DNA of 63,235 nt, the filler included, from Octopus bimaculoides (taxonomy: Eukaryota): the NCBI RefSeq assembly GCF_001194135.2. It is 6 parts of 6 records of this genome, joined end to end, with 100 filler letters (N's around TTAATTAATTAA, not from the genome) between each part and the next. Parts side by side here need not be neighbours in the genome. Positions count along the whole stretch, not along the records: positions 1 to 22,571 come from NC_068987.1; 5 more parts are not named here. One strand, written 5' to 3'. This document shows positions 1 through 12,104 of this stretch, piece after piece. The notes beneath the pieces were generated by a model. It was not told where the DNA came from. It worked only from the letters and a program-made list of their open reading frames with translations, and did no database searches. The position numbers were made by a program, and so were the translations under genes. The first letter of the stretch is position 1. Every line of letters begins with the position of its first letter.

Positions 1-51
<51 letters not shown>

Positions 52-1670
52 CATATATGTATGTATATATATGTACATATATATTATTTATTATATATAT
101 TATATAATACATATATTCTTTACAATACATACTGCACTTACGCATGTGTGTGTATATATTATGATGCTAAATGATCGACAAATATACACACACATACTGT
201 ATAGCTTATACATTTTGTCAGTCAGTATTTTATAAAGTTTCAAAAATCAATGCACACACTTTCTGTCAAAAGTTTTCGAAATAACAACCAAATAATCCTG
301 AAATCATATCCTACAGTCTTACATGATGACGGACACATTAGATTATATAGTCTGTGATTGAAAATAAAAAGAAAATAGAAAACAGACTGAATGGTCACGT
401 TTGGAATGCTTTTATGCATAATTCTGTTTCCAATTCTTGTTTCCAAGGCTGATTGGAAACAATGCATACTTTAAAGAAATCATTATGGAACTGTTAATAG
501 TTGTAGAAAATTGACCCAGACGGCATGTTCAGTGAGTTCCAACTTGAAGGAGGTAGATTCGTTGAATTTCTAAACTAGTCTACCCAGTTTTCTTAAACCA
601 CATATATTGCTCAAATGCATATGATGAATAAGTTCTTATTTCTGAAGATGCTTCAAACACACGGTAATGGTTTACTTTAAAGCAACAAATCTTAAAAGAT
701 TCTTATATCTACATCACAGTTATCTCCATAATTACATTATCGTTACAAAATCATAAACATAAGAATTTTTATAGGCAGTCTCCCCCACCCACCAAAAAAA
801 AAAGAAAAAAAAAAGTAATCTTATAATCAATTTTGGTAGAATCAGACAAAATGTCTTGCAATATTTATTTCAGCATTTAGGGTTTCAAATTTAAATAAGA
901 TTTGAGCTGAAAGAGCTGCGAAAACTAGATATAACATCTATAAAAGAAAGATAAGTTATAAATCCACACATTTAATACGAAATTGGAAGCAACTCGAGTA
1001 GCTTACGTAGAGGTTTTATCAATGGTCATACTACTAACAGGGCCATGTTGAACGAGGAATGCTTATTAGGATGATTCCGCAAATTGTAGACTTTCTTCGT
1101 AGTTTAGAAGACCTCACTGCAATTTTGGAGGCGAGAAAGCTTGCAAGTTATATATATGATTCGCAGAAGTATCGTTTGACTCCACAACGGTTGTTTTGCA
1201 GGTATCATTTGCTGGCCTCGTGCCTCCACGACTCATGCACCCTCGATATTCTTGTCTTTCCACCTCTCGTTACTCTTGGTACATCCAACCAACAAGGCTA
1301 CGCACTAACCATTATGCCCAGTTTACTCTCCCCAGAACATCGGCCCTTTGGGATCTTCCTCTTGCACATGTCCTTTCGACAGGTGTTGATCTGCAATAGT
1401 TTAAACAAAACGTTAATGGCATCAAAGCTCACCGGTCTTTTAAAAATCATGGGTAATGTTCTTCTTCTAGACTCACAAGCAATAATAATAATAATAATAA
1501 GAAGAAGAAGAAGAAGAACCCCACCAAACACCAAAGACCTAAGAAACAGACAGATTGCATGATGGGTAAGCTTCACAATTGGTGAATGTAGACGACTCAA
1601 ATGAGTGTCATTGTCAGTATTCTTTGTAGTATTAGTTGCAACGGAGCAGCTGTTGGTGAACAACATGTGA

Positions 1671-2443
1671 GGGATCTTGTTCAAAACGGGGGCACCAGTA
1701 TTTTCTTAACGAAACACTTTGAAATACTTTGAAACTTGGGACACTGGTAGAATGTGTCATATAAAACATCTTTTTCTCTTAGTCTTCTTAACAAAAAAAA
1801 ACGTACATCGCAAGTTATTTCATGTTAAAGTTGTCGTATTTCTGTAATTTCAACCAACGACTGACGTCCATTCAGCCGTAAAAATTAAGTGCTGACTACG
1901 TAAACAAACGATTCTCAAACGATTCTGGCGGTGATAAAATTATTATTTCCTTGTCAAAAAATGGCTGAAGCATATTGGCAGTAGCTAATNNNNNNNNNNN
2001 NNNNNNNNNNNNNNNNNNNNNNNNNNNNNNNNNNNNNNNNNNNNNNNNNNNNNNNNNNNNNNNNNNNNNNNNNNNNNNNNNNNNNNNNNNNNNNNNNNNN
2101 NNNNNNNNNNNNNNNNNNNNNNNNNNNNNNNNNNNNNNNNNNNNNNNNNNNNNNNNNNNNNNNNNNNNNNNNNNNNNNNNNNNNNNNNNNNNNNNNNNNN
2201 NNNNNNNNNNNNNNNNNNNNNNNNNNNNNNNNNNNNNNNNNNNNNNNNNNNNNNNNNNNNNNNNNNNNNNNNNNNNNNNNNNNNNNNNNNNNNNNNNNNN
2301 NNNNNNNNNNNNNNNNNNNNNNATTTTTTTCTGTTCTATAACACAAAATAGATAAGTATACGAGGTTTGAAAGTCTTTCGGTACCAAAAACACTACATAA
2401 AACATAAATGAAAACTGGTGCCCCCCGTTTTGAACAAGATCCC
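1671..2443. mobile_element. MITE with ~29-bp TIRs and a 6-bp direct duplication (spans an N gap)
   Basis: Left end GGGATCTTGTTCAAAACGGGGGCACCAGT; right end ACTGGTGCCCCCCGTTTTGAACAAGATCCC; ATGTGA at 1665-1670 and 2444-2449. Confidence 0.8.
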
Positions 2444-3489
2444 ATGTGAGATTTAAGAACCTGGGGTCCAGTGGCTTGAGGGACGTGGAGTGCTGTTCCA
2501 GAGCGGATGGTTTTCGCCATCAGCTTAGCACTTATGGATGGTTCAGAGAGGAAACACATCTGCTTGGACGAAAAAAAACAAAAAAAAAAACAAAGTAAAA
2601 GAAAACAAATTTAGCGGATTTCCGTCCTATTGACCGACTTGAAGTACTAAAATGTTCGGAGTTGGGTAAGGTGGGGAAATGTTGGACATTAGGTACACTG
2701 TGTGATGTATGTTGGAGTGTGGTAAGTTCGGCTTTGGCTGAGGTACAGTAAATAGTGCGGGGCATTTAGTCCGGCATTTTACCGTTTCAGTCTTCAATCG
2801 TTTGAAGTAATAATTATATTAACATTCTGTATTACAGCTCTATTTAACACTACTATGTCAAGATACCTAACAACGTGTTTATATATTACTTTCCAGAGTT
2901 GTATTGAGTTACCTCCTTCTCTCACTTTCCATCTCTCCTCCTCCTCCTCTCTCTCTCCATCCCTCTGTGTGCGTGTGTGCCTTTTTCTTTACATAAATTT
3001 CTTTTATCACGTCTCACCACAATTCTCTCTTGGGTCAAGAGAGTGCGTAAAGGTTGCATGAACATCGGAATGTGAAATAGATTAATTACAAGAAATGCCT
3101 GGCAAAATCATGTTCGCCTGCGAAATAGCGGTGTTTATTATATTCAACCCCCTTCCTTCAGAGTAACGTTACCGTATCTTTCTTCTTCATTTTTCCAGCA
3201 TTTATGAAGGATAATAAAACTATTATAACACTCACCTCCCTCCTTGTCCCTTATCATCAACCTGTTAATGACGAATGCAGTAAACTTCCGGTCCACCTCA
3301 ACTGTGACTTCCAAGACGCCACAGTTCTGTACTCACTGAACGACAAATTGGAAAATAAATGAATAAATAAATTAAAAAACTAAAAAAAGAATCGTGTCAC
3401 ATGTCTGTAATGTCAATCTGACACCAGCAACTTAATTATCTGCTGAGCGCCGATGCATAAAATAAAATGAAGTAAAATAGAAAGGAATA

Positions 3490-3522
<33 letters not shown>

Positions 3523-3544
3523 ATGATATATATATGTATGTATA

Positions 3545-3591
<47 letters not shown>

Positions 3592-3970
3592 NNNNNNNNN
3601 NNNNNNNNNNNNNNNNNNNNNNNNNNNNNNNNNNNNNNNNNNNNNNNNNNNNNNNNNNNNNNNNNNNNNNNNNNNNNNNNNNNNNNNNNNNNNNNNNNNN
3701 NNNNNNNNNNNNNNNNNNNNNNNNNNNNNNNNNNNNNNNNNNNNNNNNNNNNNNNNNNNNNNNNNNNNNNNNNNNNNNNNNNNNNNNNNNNNNNNNNNNN
3801 NNNNNNNNNNNNNNNNNNNNNNNNNNNNNNNNNNNNNNNNNNNNNNNNNNNNNNNNNNNNNNNNNNNNNNNNNNNNNNNNNNNNNNNNNNNNNNNNNNNN
3901 NNNNNNNNNNNNNNNNNNNNNNNNNNNNNNNNNNNNNNNNNNNNNNNNNNNNNNNNNNNNNNNNNNNNNN

Positions 3971-4018
<48 letters not shown>

Positions 4019-4560
4019 ATATACATATGTATGCATGTATATATGTATGTATATATATATGCATACCCTTAACACTACCCTGCCATTTTGTTTTCCTGTT
4101 ATTTTGGTTCTTGCCTTGTCAAGTAATATCTGCCTATCCAAACCCATATTTTTTCTTTTGAATTTCTTTATCTCATTTGATTATTTCTTTGTTAGTTTGA
4201 TTAAAACACTGTGAATAATTTTGTCAAAGATTTCATTTCTTTTGTTCCATTTGGATATTTCGACTTTCTTCTTGTTAGATATATATATTTTTTAATATAA
4301 TTATATTTTTGAAACAAACGTTCAGAATATAACAATCAACACCTTAGCGTATTGGTACATCAGATAAAATACAGACAATGTTACTTTTATGCATACAGTT
4401 GCGCACGCGTATCTGCATAGTTGTGCTCTCTCTCTCTCTCTCTCTCATGCACACACACATACACACAGCGCTCACGAACGTTAGACATACACACAGTACG
4501 CACAAACGTACGCACAGACAGACAATAGACAGATAGCACACAGACACACACACACACACA

Positions 4561-4635
<75 letters not shown>

Positions 4636-4839
4636 AAATTTACGTTTTAGTTGTGACTATATACTCTTGTGTTCTCTCATTTGTTTCAATCATTGAACTG
4701 TGCCTAAGATGGAAAGCTGCCTTAGTCTAGCAAAAAATAGATCCCACTACTTATTAGAAGTACTACCAGTGGCTTTTACACGACCGCTAAGTTACGGAGA
4801 CATTAACGAACAAACACCGGTTGTCAAGTAGTGGAGAGC

Positions 4840-4890
<51 letters not shown>

Positions 4891-5526
4891 TATATGGTGG
4901 TCTTTACCAAATTCACTCGCAAGTCATTGGTTGGTTGGTTGGGGAGGCTAGCTATAGTAGAGGACACTTGCCCGAGGACTGAACCCAAAGACTACGTGGT
5001 TAGAAAGTGAACTTCTAAACCCTATGTATATATGTATATCCATTATGTGTATGTATGTAGATATGTGTGTGTGTGTGTATGTGTATGCATAGGATTCATA
5101 TTGCTACACTTCTAGTTGTTATCTGAGGCTGGCCTAATTAATAATCAGGAAAAGTATATTTCCATTAAACTCTTTCTAAAGATGACTACTTCGGTGCTAA
5201 TTCTGTTACTATGGCACCACAAAGGTGCTTCTTTGTGATCGTTCAACTTGCGAGAATTATCAGACATATTTTCCTCAAAACACTTTGCTGTTATTCAAAA
5301 GAAAGAACACACCAGATAACACGGTCTTTATTACTGCTTGATGTGAATGCGAAATTAGACGGATGGAATACCGTTGATCATAATCTATTGATTCAGAACT
5401 CGAGGTTAAACATAATAATAACAATGAATCAATGACGAAATGAAGATTACGTTAAGTTTTTCTTCGTTTATTGCGCTTGTTATATCATTTCAAAATAATG
5501 GATGAATTTTTATTCTAATTTTAAAG

Positions 5527-5625
5527 GTCCATGTGTCGCTGGTGTAGTTGGTATCAAGATGCCGAGATATTGTTTGATCGGAGACACTGTGAATACAGCG
5601 TCCAGAATGGAATCTACTGGAGAAG
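5527..5625 (+). CDS. Internal exon of a receptor-type guanylyl cyclase (NPR/GUCY2-like), catalytic domain
   Basis: AG acceptor at 5525-5526, GTAAG donor at 5626. The 99-nt phase-1/1 exon encodes (G)[31 protein letters not shown](E), the class III guanylyl cyclase signature including the guanine-specifying Cys and the catalytic N..SR. Confidence 0.96.
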
Positions 5626-6034
5626 GTAAGACTAACTGTCATAGTTATTTACAGAAAATTGGACTGGAAGAAGCCACCTTAGTGAGGCATTGTCTATGAT
5701 ACACATACAATAGGGTCTCACTGATATGGCCCAGTGATACGGTACAGTGGTGGTGCCTTCAAATATACTAAGCTTGAGGTTGATTAGATGGACCGTAAAA
5801 CATGAAAAACGTGAAAATGAAAATCGGTTATATATGTAACTCATTGTTGAAGAAAGAGTGAGATCTGTTAAGTATGATTGAATGTGTAGAGAATAAGATG
5901 CGGATCATTTAGTAATAACTGGTATATTGTGACAGCGTTTTCGGTGTGTTTCAACAGAAATGGACTAAGAAAAGGGAGAACTTGGAAGTAGTGTTTTTAA
6001 GATGCGAATTTCTGTGGATATAAGACGACCATAA

Positions 6035-6127
6035 GTTGGAAAGTTATTGCATGGCCAATTTGAGCAACAAGCACCAGAGTTAAAAGCATAAATGTCTTGG
6101 GATTGGCTTTCCATAAGAGAAAGAGGA

Positions 6128-6193
<66 letters not shown>

Positions 6194-6700
6194 AGACTGG
6201 TGCTGCTGCTGATAGCCCAAGATGAAATTTTGGATGCTAAATCGGTGAGCAGAGCTATATATAATCTTACTGAAAGTAAGACGTACTGATTTTGTGAAAT
6301 CATTGCAGAAAGTGTTTCCTACATAATGAGAGTTTGCAAAAAGCTAACGTAAAAGGAGTTTACAAGAAGACATGACAACAGCTGTCTGTACCTTCAGTAG
6401 TCACTAACATTAAAAATATAGAATCAAGTATCTGATAAGTGGTACCAACATATTCCGGAAGTGTCTTTGGTGACAGAAATAAACTTAAGATATTTTGGTT
6501 CTTCACTATTTAAAATGAACGCTGATTTGAACATTGCAGGCCTGATATTGTAGTCCTCAAAAGTATCAGGCACGAATGCATTCCAAGAGAGCAATATTGA
6601 TATCACTGAAATTGGGAGTGTATCTTGAACGAACAAATCTCGAAACACGAATTGCTTCCATCAAGAAACTGTTTTGTGGTCACAGCAAATATTTTCAGCG
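6035..6700 (+). mobile_element. Degenerate R4/Dong-like non-LTR retrotransposon fragment (C-terminal zinc knuckle and restriction-like endonuclease region)
   Basis: Broken frames read KLLHGQF..SWDWL, LIAQDEILDAK, FCEIIAESVSYIMRVCKKL, KWYQHIPE and HCRPDIVVL. Confidence 0.75.
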
Positions 6701-6806
6701 AACTCATGCTAATATCCTTGTTGAGATTCGACATTCAGTAGAAGATCCGGTTGTCATGTACTGTGCAAACCATTTGTAATAATAATAATAATAATTATTA
6801 TTATTA

Positions 6807-7367
6807 CCTTATGCCCTGATGCAGTACCAGGCAGTAGTTCTCATGGCTTCTGATCTTGATTGATTGGAAGTGTTATCATGTACATTGTTTTGTCTTGGTA
6901 TAAAAAGATGGGCTACAGCAAATATTCTGCTCAGTACCATAGATTTGCTTGTCAGTTGTTTGACCTTAATCGGTTGAGCATGTTCCTTGGTGGCTGACGA
7001 TATGTGCATCTCTGATCATGAGCAGAAGTAGTAGGAGAGCATCATAGCCATGTGTTGAGAGAAATTCTTTAGAGTTTGAATAATTCACCTTTGGAAACAT
7101 GGGTGTTTTGCTCAACATCCTTAAACAAACCTTATTCAGGGACCTTTTGAGCGGAATGGGCTACTCAATCTGAATAAAATTCTAACTCGGTCCCACCTCC
7201 GAGGTCATGCGCTGTTTATCTTGATATGCGATCACCATGTCGCGCACATGTGGTTGTGATGTATGTGCCTGGTGTACCCTTATCAGACGGGTAGTCATGA
7301 TGGGCATAATGGGCTTCGTATATTTTACCCCAGTGTCACTTTGATGACATGCACTGCTCTCTCACTC

Positions 7368-7414
<47 letters not shown>
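6807..7414. repeat. Interspersed repeat bounded by (ATT)n and (AAT)n; second copy at 23270-23606
   Basis: About 330 bp of it is recognisably shared with 23270-23606 (e.g. gaggtcatgcgctgt...gatcaccatgtc...ccccagtgtcactttgatg...ctctctcactcaataa); a short piece also occurs at 55466-55530. Confidence 0.7.
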
Positions 7415-7417
<3 letters not shown>

Positions 7418-7429
7418 TAAGGATTGCAT

Positions 7430-8315
7430 CTCGACTGCAATCAGAGACAGAAGGCTTCATTATAATAGCTCAGGATCAGCGTCTGCCCATCAGAAACTAC
7501 CAAAGAAGAATTCTAAAAATGATACTGATCTTGCCTACCGTTTCTGTGGTGCAGTCAGAGAAATAATTGACCACCTCATCTCTGAATGCTTTATGTTAGC
7601 CTCGAATGAATACATTAATCGCCACGATAGTCGTGGCCGGTAATGTGCGCTGGATTATATGCCATAAGTCTGGACTCCCATATGAGAAGAACTGGTGGTT
7701 ACATAAGCCTGCCAACTTAGTAGAAAGTAAGGATATCACCATTCTTTGGAACTTTAGTTATCAAACTGATCGATTGGCTCTACAGGTCATTAGACCAGAT
7801 ATTGTGGCAAAAATTCACGTTGACATGTCTGCTCATAGATATGCCATTCCCAGTTGACTGCAATACTTTCGGAAAGTTAAATAGATATAAGGACCTCGAA
7901 ACAGGAGTCTTAAAAAAGTACCATCTAAGAACGGCAACAGTGATCATCTGAGCTTTGAGATCAATTTTAAATGGTGCTCTTAAATACTATGACCAAATAC
8001 CAGGAAACCCAAGGTATCAGAGCTACAACATATTGTTTGCATGGGTACTGCTCATATCCTAAGAAAAACGCTGAGAACTTGAAACTATTTGATTCTCTGA
8101 AAACTCTTTCAAAACTGAAGTACTACAAATTTAACAGTCTTAGTTCTCAGATTCTGGTCTATTTCCCCGTTCAATATCTCATGTTAATAATGAATAATGT
8201 CCATAGTAAAACGTCCAACTGTTACTCGAGGTCTCTGGGCGAGACGTTGAATAGCTCGTATACAACAATGCAACAACTAAATTATAACAACAACTATAAC
8301 AACAACAATAATCAT
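7430..8315 (+). mobile_element. Degenerate R4/Dong-like LINE 3' fragment with (AAC/AAT)n tail
   Basis: Reads FCGAVREIIDHLISEC (CCHC remnant), EYINRHD, ITILWNFSYQTDR, IRPDIV and GTAHILRKTL (8043-8075). Confidence 0.8.
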
Positions 8316-8522
8316 AATCCTGTCTACTATAGGCTCAAGGCCTATAGTAGACAGCCTGGTACTTAATTTATCGACTTCGAAAGGATGGAAAACAAAGTCG
8401 ACCTCAGCGGAATAACAACAACAACAACGACGACGACGACAACAACAACAAAAATAATAATGATAATAATAATAATAATAATAATGATAATAATAATAAT
8501 GGTAATATTTTTTCACTTCCAG

Positions 8523-8614
8523 CTTTAAGGATCCATTGTTCAGAAATGACGAAGCAACTATTGGACGAAATTGGTGGATTTTTTATTGAACTTAGAGGAG
8601 ACATAGAGGTTAAG
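8523..8614 (+). CDS. Next internal exon of the same guanylyl cyclase (missed by the ORF track)
   Basis: Acceptor ttttcacttccAG (8521-8522), donor GTAAGT at 8615. The 92-nt exon continues in frame from 5625: (A)LRIHCSEMTKQLLDEIGGFFIELRGDIEVK, matching the ALKIH.S...LRG.VE.K segment of NPR-type cyclases. Confidence 0.94.
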
Positions 8615-9009
8615 GTAAGTTGGTTCTCCAATGATATTAATACTATACCACTCACTGGAACGTGGAATCGATTCAATATTTATAATATTAGTTATACTAA
8701 CGAGAAAATAGAAAGATAGTATATTCAACAATCAGTTGTAATAAATACCAGGTTTGCTCTGCTCTCTTTAACATGACCGATATATTTTTACACAAAGTAT
8801 GCAGGAACATATACTCTGGAATAAATATATTTATTAATATTGCATCATACCTACAAATCTTTTAAGCTCATGTGTATTTATCGCTGAGAAAATGGTTGCT
8901 AACATCTTTTTGCATACGTACTATGGTTATATTATTATTATGCAATATGGAATTATTGAGCACTTTGCTGTATTGTAAAAAGAAGTAAATTTGCAGAGGC
9001 GTTATATAT

Positions 9010-9310
9010 CAGCTAACAAAGTTGACGACATTGAGACCTGTGAGTCAAAAAGAATATTGGTGGCACTTAAATCAAAACAGCCATTACGTTTCAACACAAT
9101 CGGTCATATATTGTTGTGTGAGACCATAAAAATATATGCTGTGTTATGGAAATCAGCTATCCTCTGGATACCAAGGTGGTCAGGAGAAAGAGAACATCTA
9201 TGGACCATTGATAAGAAGAGTGCAAGTCCAGTACCAAATCCAGTTTCATATCTATAATTATTTGAGCAATATGATATACATACTAACACGCAAAGTATGG
9301 CTGAACTTGG
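9010..9310 (+). mobile_element. Old R4-like LINE endonuclease remnant
   Basis: EYWWHL and EKENIYGPLIRRVQVQY align by eye to EYWWNV and EKENTYAELLRNLQLLY of the copy at 58050-58290. Confidence 0.55.
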
Positions 9311-9524
9311 AATGTTGGGTAGGGAATGTAACTCCTTAATTCATACGCTGCAAATGATTGCGATATCTGGGACAATAAAACTCTAAGGGTGATGAACAAA
9401 ACAAGTTGCTGTCTGCCACAACCTTGCTACCAAGCAGGTGGCCGGTAAAAATTTACTTTAAATTAAAAAGAGAAAAAGAAAATATACATATATGTATTTA
9501 TGTACATACACACAAATACATACA

Positions 9525-9559
<35 letters not shown>

Positions 9560-10022
9560 GCATATATGTATAAACTGGAGGACTGTCACAACATATATGA
9601 AGCACTGTTGTTTAATCACGGGGGTTATTTTCACAACAGCACTAAACATATGTTTTATAAACATGACTGTAATATTATTTGCATCCCATAGTTTGTTTTA
9701 GCCTCATAGATGGCGTGTCACTGTTCCAGTTAATTAATGCATACGACCAACTTTACATCGCTATGTAAATAAGGTCGGCGTAACCTGATGACGTTTATAT
9801 TATTCGTATTCATATACAAGTGATCACCTTTGTCTCTCAGTGATTTGGGAACAATTGTCGAATCCCAAAAAGCCGAAACAAGTTGATCGGTTAATTCGAG
9901 CTTATTTTTACTATCCCAGCGGAGAAGGAAACGGAATGTCGATACAAACTTTGCCTCAAGTTGTTGTAAGCCTTACCATCAGAATAGAGAACCGGCTCAG
10001 ATACTGCAAAGCATCTCATAAT

Positions 10023-10068
<46 letters not shown>

Positions 10069-11671
10069 GGCGATAACGTTTGTAGTAGCATACAGAATAG
10101 TATATTAGCAATAACAATAAGGGTAGTCAGAAGAGATGAAGGAGTTTATCTTAATACAGTTACAGAGAGCCTTCAAAGTTTCCAAGGAAATGGAATGGGA
10201 TGAAATAAAATAAAGTAAAATAAACTAGAATATCTACATTATTACATTTAAGAATTGTCTGTCAATAGAGAATGCTTGCGTCTCTACTATATGTGTGTGT
10301 GTGTATGTGCGTGCGTGCACACGTGTGTTTGTGTGGATGTGTATATGTGCGTGTGCGTGAAATTCATTTAGACTGATCAAGTCACAAGACAAAAATTATA
10401 AATGCTCATTAAAATTGTTGTCAAATTAATGGGTTTATGGCGTTTAATCCGATTTCGTTAACCAAGCGTGTGGTTTCATGATGTGTTATACATATTTACT
10501 TCGTCCCGTCTTTCACAGAAATCCTGAAGTCTGTTTCTATATATTGTATATTACTCTGTAAATATGTGTCTGGTGATCATTGCCATTAATCTAACGGACG
10601 CCATTACCACATGATTGGTAATTGAAACCGAGATATACATACCTACATACATACACGGATAAGTAAGTATGTGTGTGTGTGAGTGTGCATAAAGTGGTGC
10701 AATACTATATGAGAATCGTCTAATTCACCATGAGATTTTTGCTCCAAATTTCTGTTCCTCTAGTGAGCATTCTAACCTTGTTTAAAATGTAATTTGCCTA
10801 AGTGCAACATATAAAAATAGTCTTACACTGTGTAGCAATATTTGCCTGGTTTAGTAGTGTTGTTGAACAATATCTAAACTATGTTTCTGTCTTTGCCTGC
10901 CTCTTGATGAAGCCCTACGTTCACTGACAAAATGTTTAAAATTTGGAAATTACAATCTTCTTTGAGATTCAGCAGATGAGAACGTTGTTCCTTGAATAAA
11001 ACGCGTTAATCTACAGATGGAAACTTACCCAGCACAAGAAGCTGAACTCATCAATACTAATCAATATGTTGATTGAGCGGTGCAGGCTACTACTTACAAC
11101 AGGTGATCATTGGTGATTATAAAATACTAGTTTTGTGACTGACACGCGGTCGATTGCAATTAGAAGTTAAATCTGCTCTCGATCAGAGACAAAAGTACAA
11201 ATAAATAAATACATAACTATATGCAGGATGATGAAGTCTTATATATACAGTATAGTCGAATGGTTAAGAAGTTTGCATCAGAAACACAAGGTCCAGGTTT
11301 CGATTTCAATACATAGCATTTTGGATAAATATAATTTAATAGACATGTGTTTATTTCTAGATACATATGAGTGGTATCTTGAGTAGTTTCAAACCCTTCA
11401 GATGACGTGCGTGAGCGCAAATCTGATTGGTTATCTTCAGTTGAGTCTACTGTGGACGACCAAATTTTAAAATATCCACTACATCTCTACCTGTTTACTC
11501 GGCTGATAGCCCCAGTTATAATCAGAACCGAGATCAGTGAAAAAATATGCATGAAAATATAAATATTATTAAAATAATATTAATAATATTAATATCCAGC
11601 AAGAATAAACCACCATATAGGTAGAATTATAAATGTATATTAATGTTATTTTAATGATATTTATATTTTCA

Positions 11672-11950
11672 GGTCTATATTTAAAAGATGAGGAATTATG
11701 TACATTATTTCCTTTATTTACATTTGACGGATATATGTCCTCATCTTTGTTGTTAACACAACGTTTCCGCTGATATACCCTCCAGCCTTCTTCAGGCGTC
11801 TTGGGGAAATTTTGAATCTGGGTTCTCATTCCTAAGGTATTTTTCGATGTTATTATTATCATTATTAGTATTGTTCAGGTCACTCCTTGGAATCGAACTC
11901 GTAATCTCGAGGTTAGTAGCCCGCGCTTTTAACCACTACGCCATATGCCC
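11672..11950 (-). mobile_element. tRNA-headed SINE-like element carrying a Penelope-type hammerhead-like motif
   Basis: Minus strand begins GGGCATATGGCGTAGTGGTT (box A) ... GAGTTCGATTCC (box B, 11900-11889), then a short (AAT) linker, then CTGAAGA...GAAACGTT (11795-11760) and an 8-bp GATGAGGA/TCCTCATC stem. Confidence 0.7.
11755..11800 (-). ncRNA. Minimal type I hammerhead-ribozyme-like motif
   Basis: Stem I GACGC/GTGTT; core CTGAAGA plus an extra A; stem II GCTG/CAGC with a G-G mismatch at the closing pair; GAAA; palindromic ACGT stem III; GUU triplet. Confidence 0.55.
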
Positions 11951-12029
11951 GTGGGCATTATTCTTTGTAAGCTTGATACTTATTCTATCAGACTCCTTTA
12001 CCGAACCGCTATGTTATATATATATATAC

Positions 12030-12061
<32 letters not shown>

Positions 12062-12069
12062 CTGTGTGT

Positions 12070-12104
<35 letters not shown>

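Noticed and set aside
1059-1562. 167-aa ORF
   Set aside because: No recognisable domain; it ends in (AAT)(AAG) repeats and is probably a decayed retroelement 3' end.
9841-9965. Apparent exon (ctctcAG ... GTAAG) after the cyclase exons
   Set aside because: In the phase required by the 8614 donor it begins with TGA, and the sequence resembles a decayed minus-strand family A SINE.
11875-11950. tRNA gene
   Set aside because: Boxes A and B are present, but there is no acceptor-stem closure and it runs into repeat body; it is a SINE head. The same applies to the other SINE heads.
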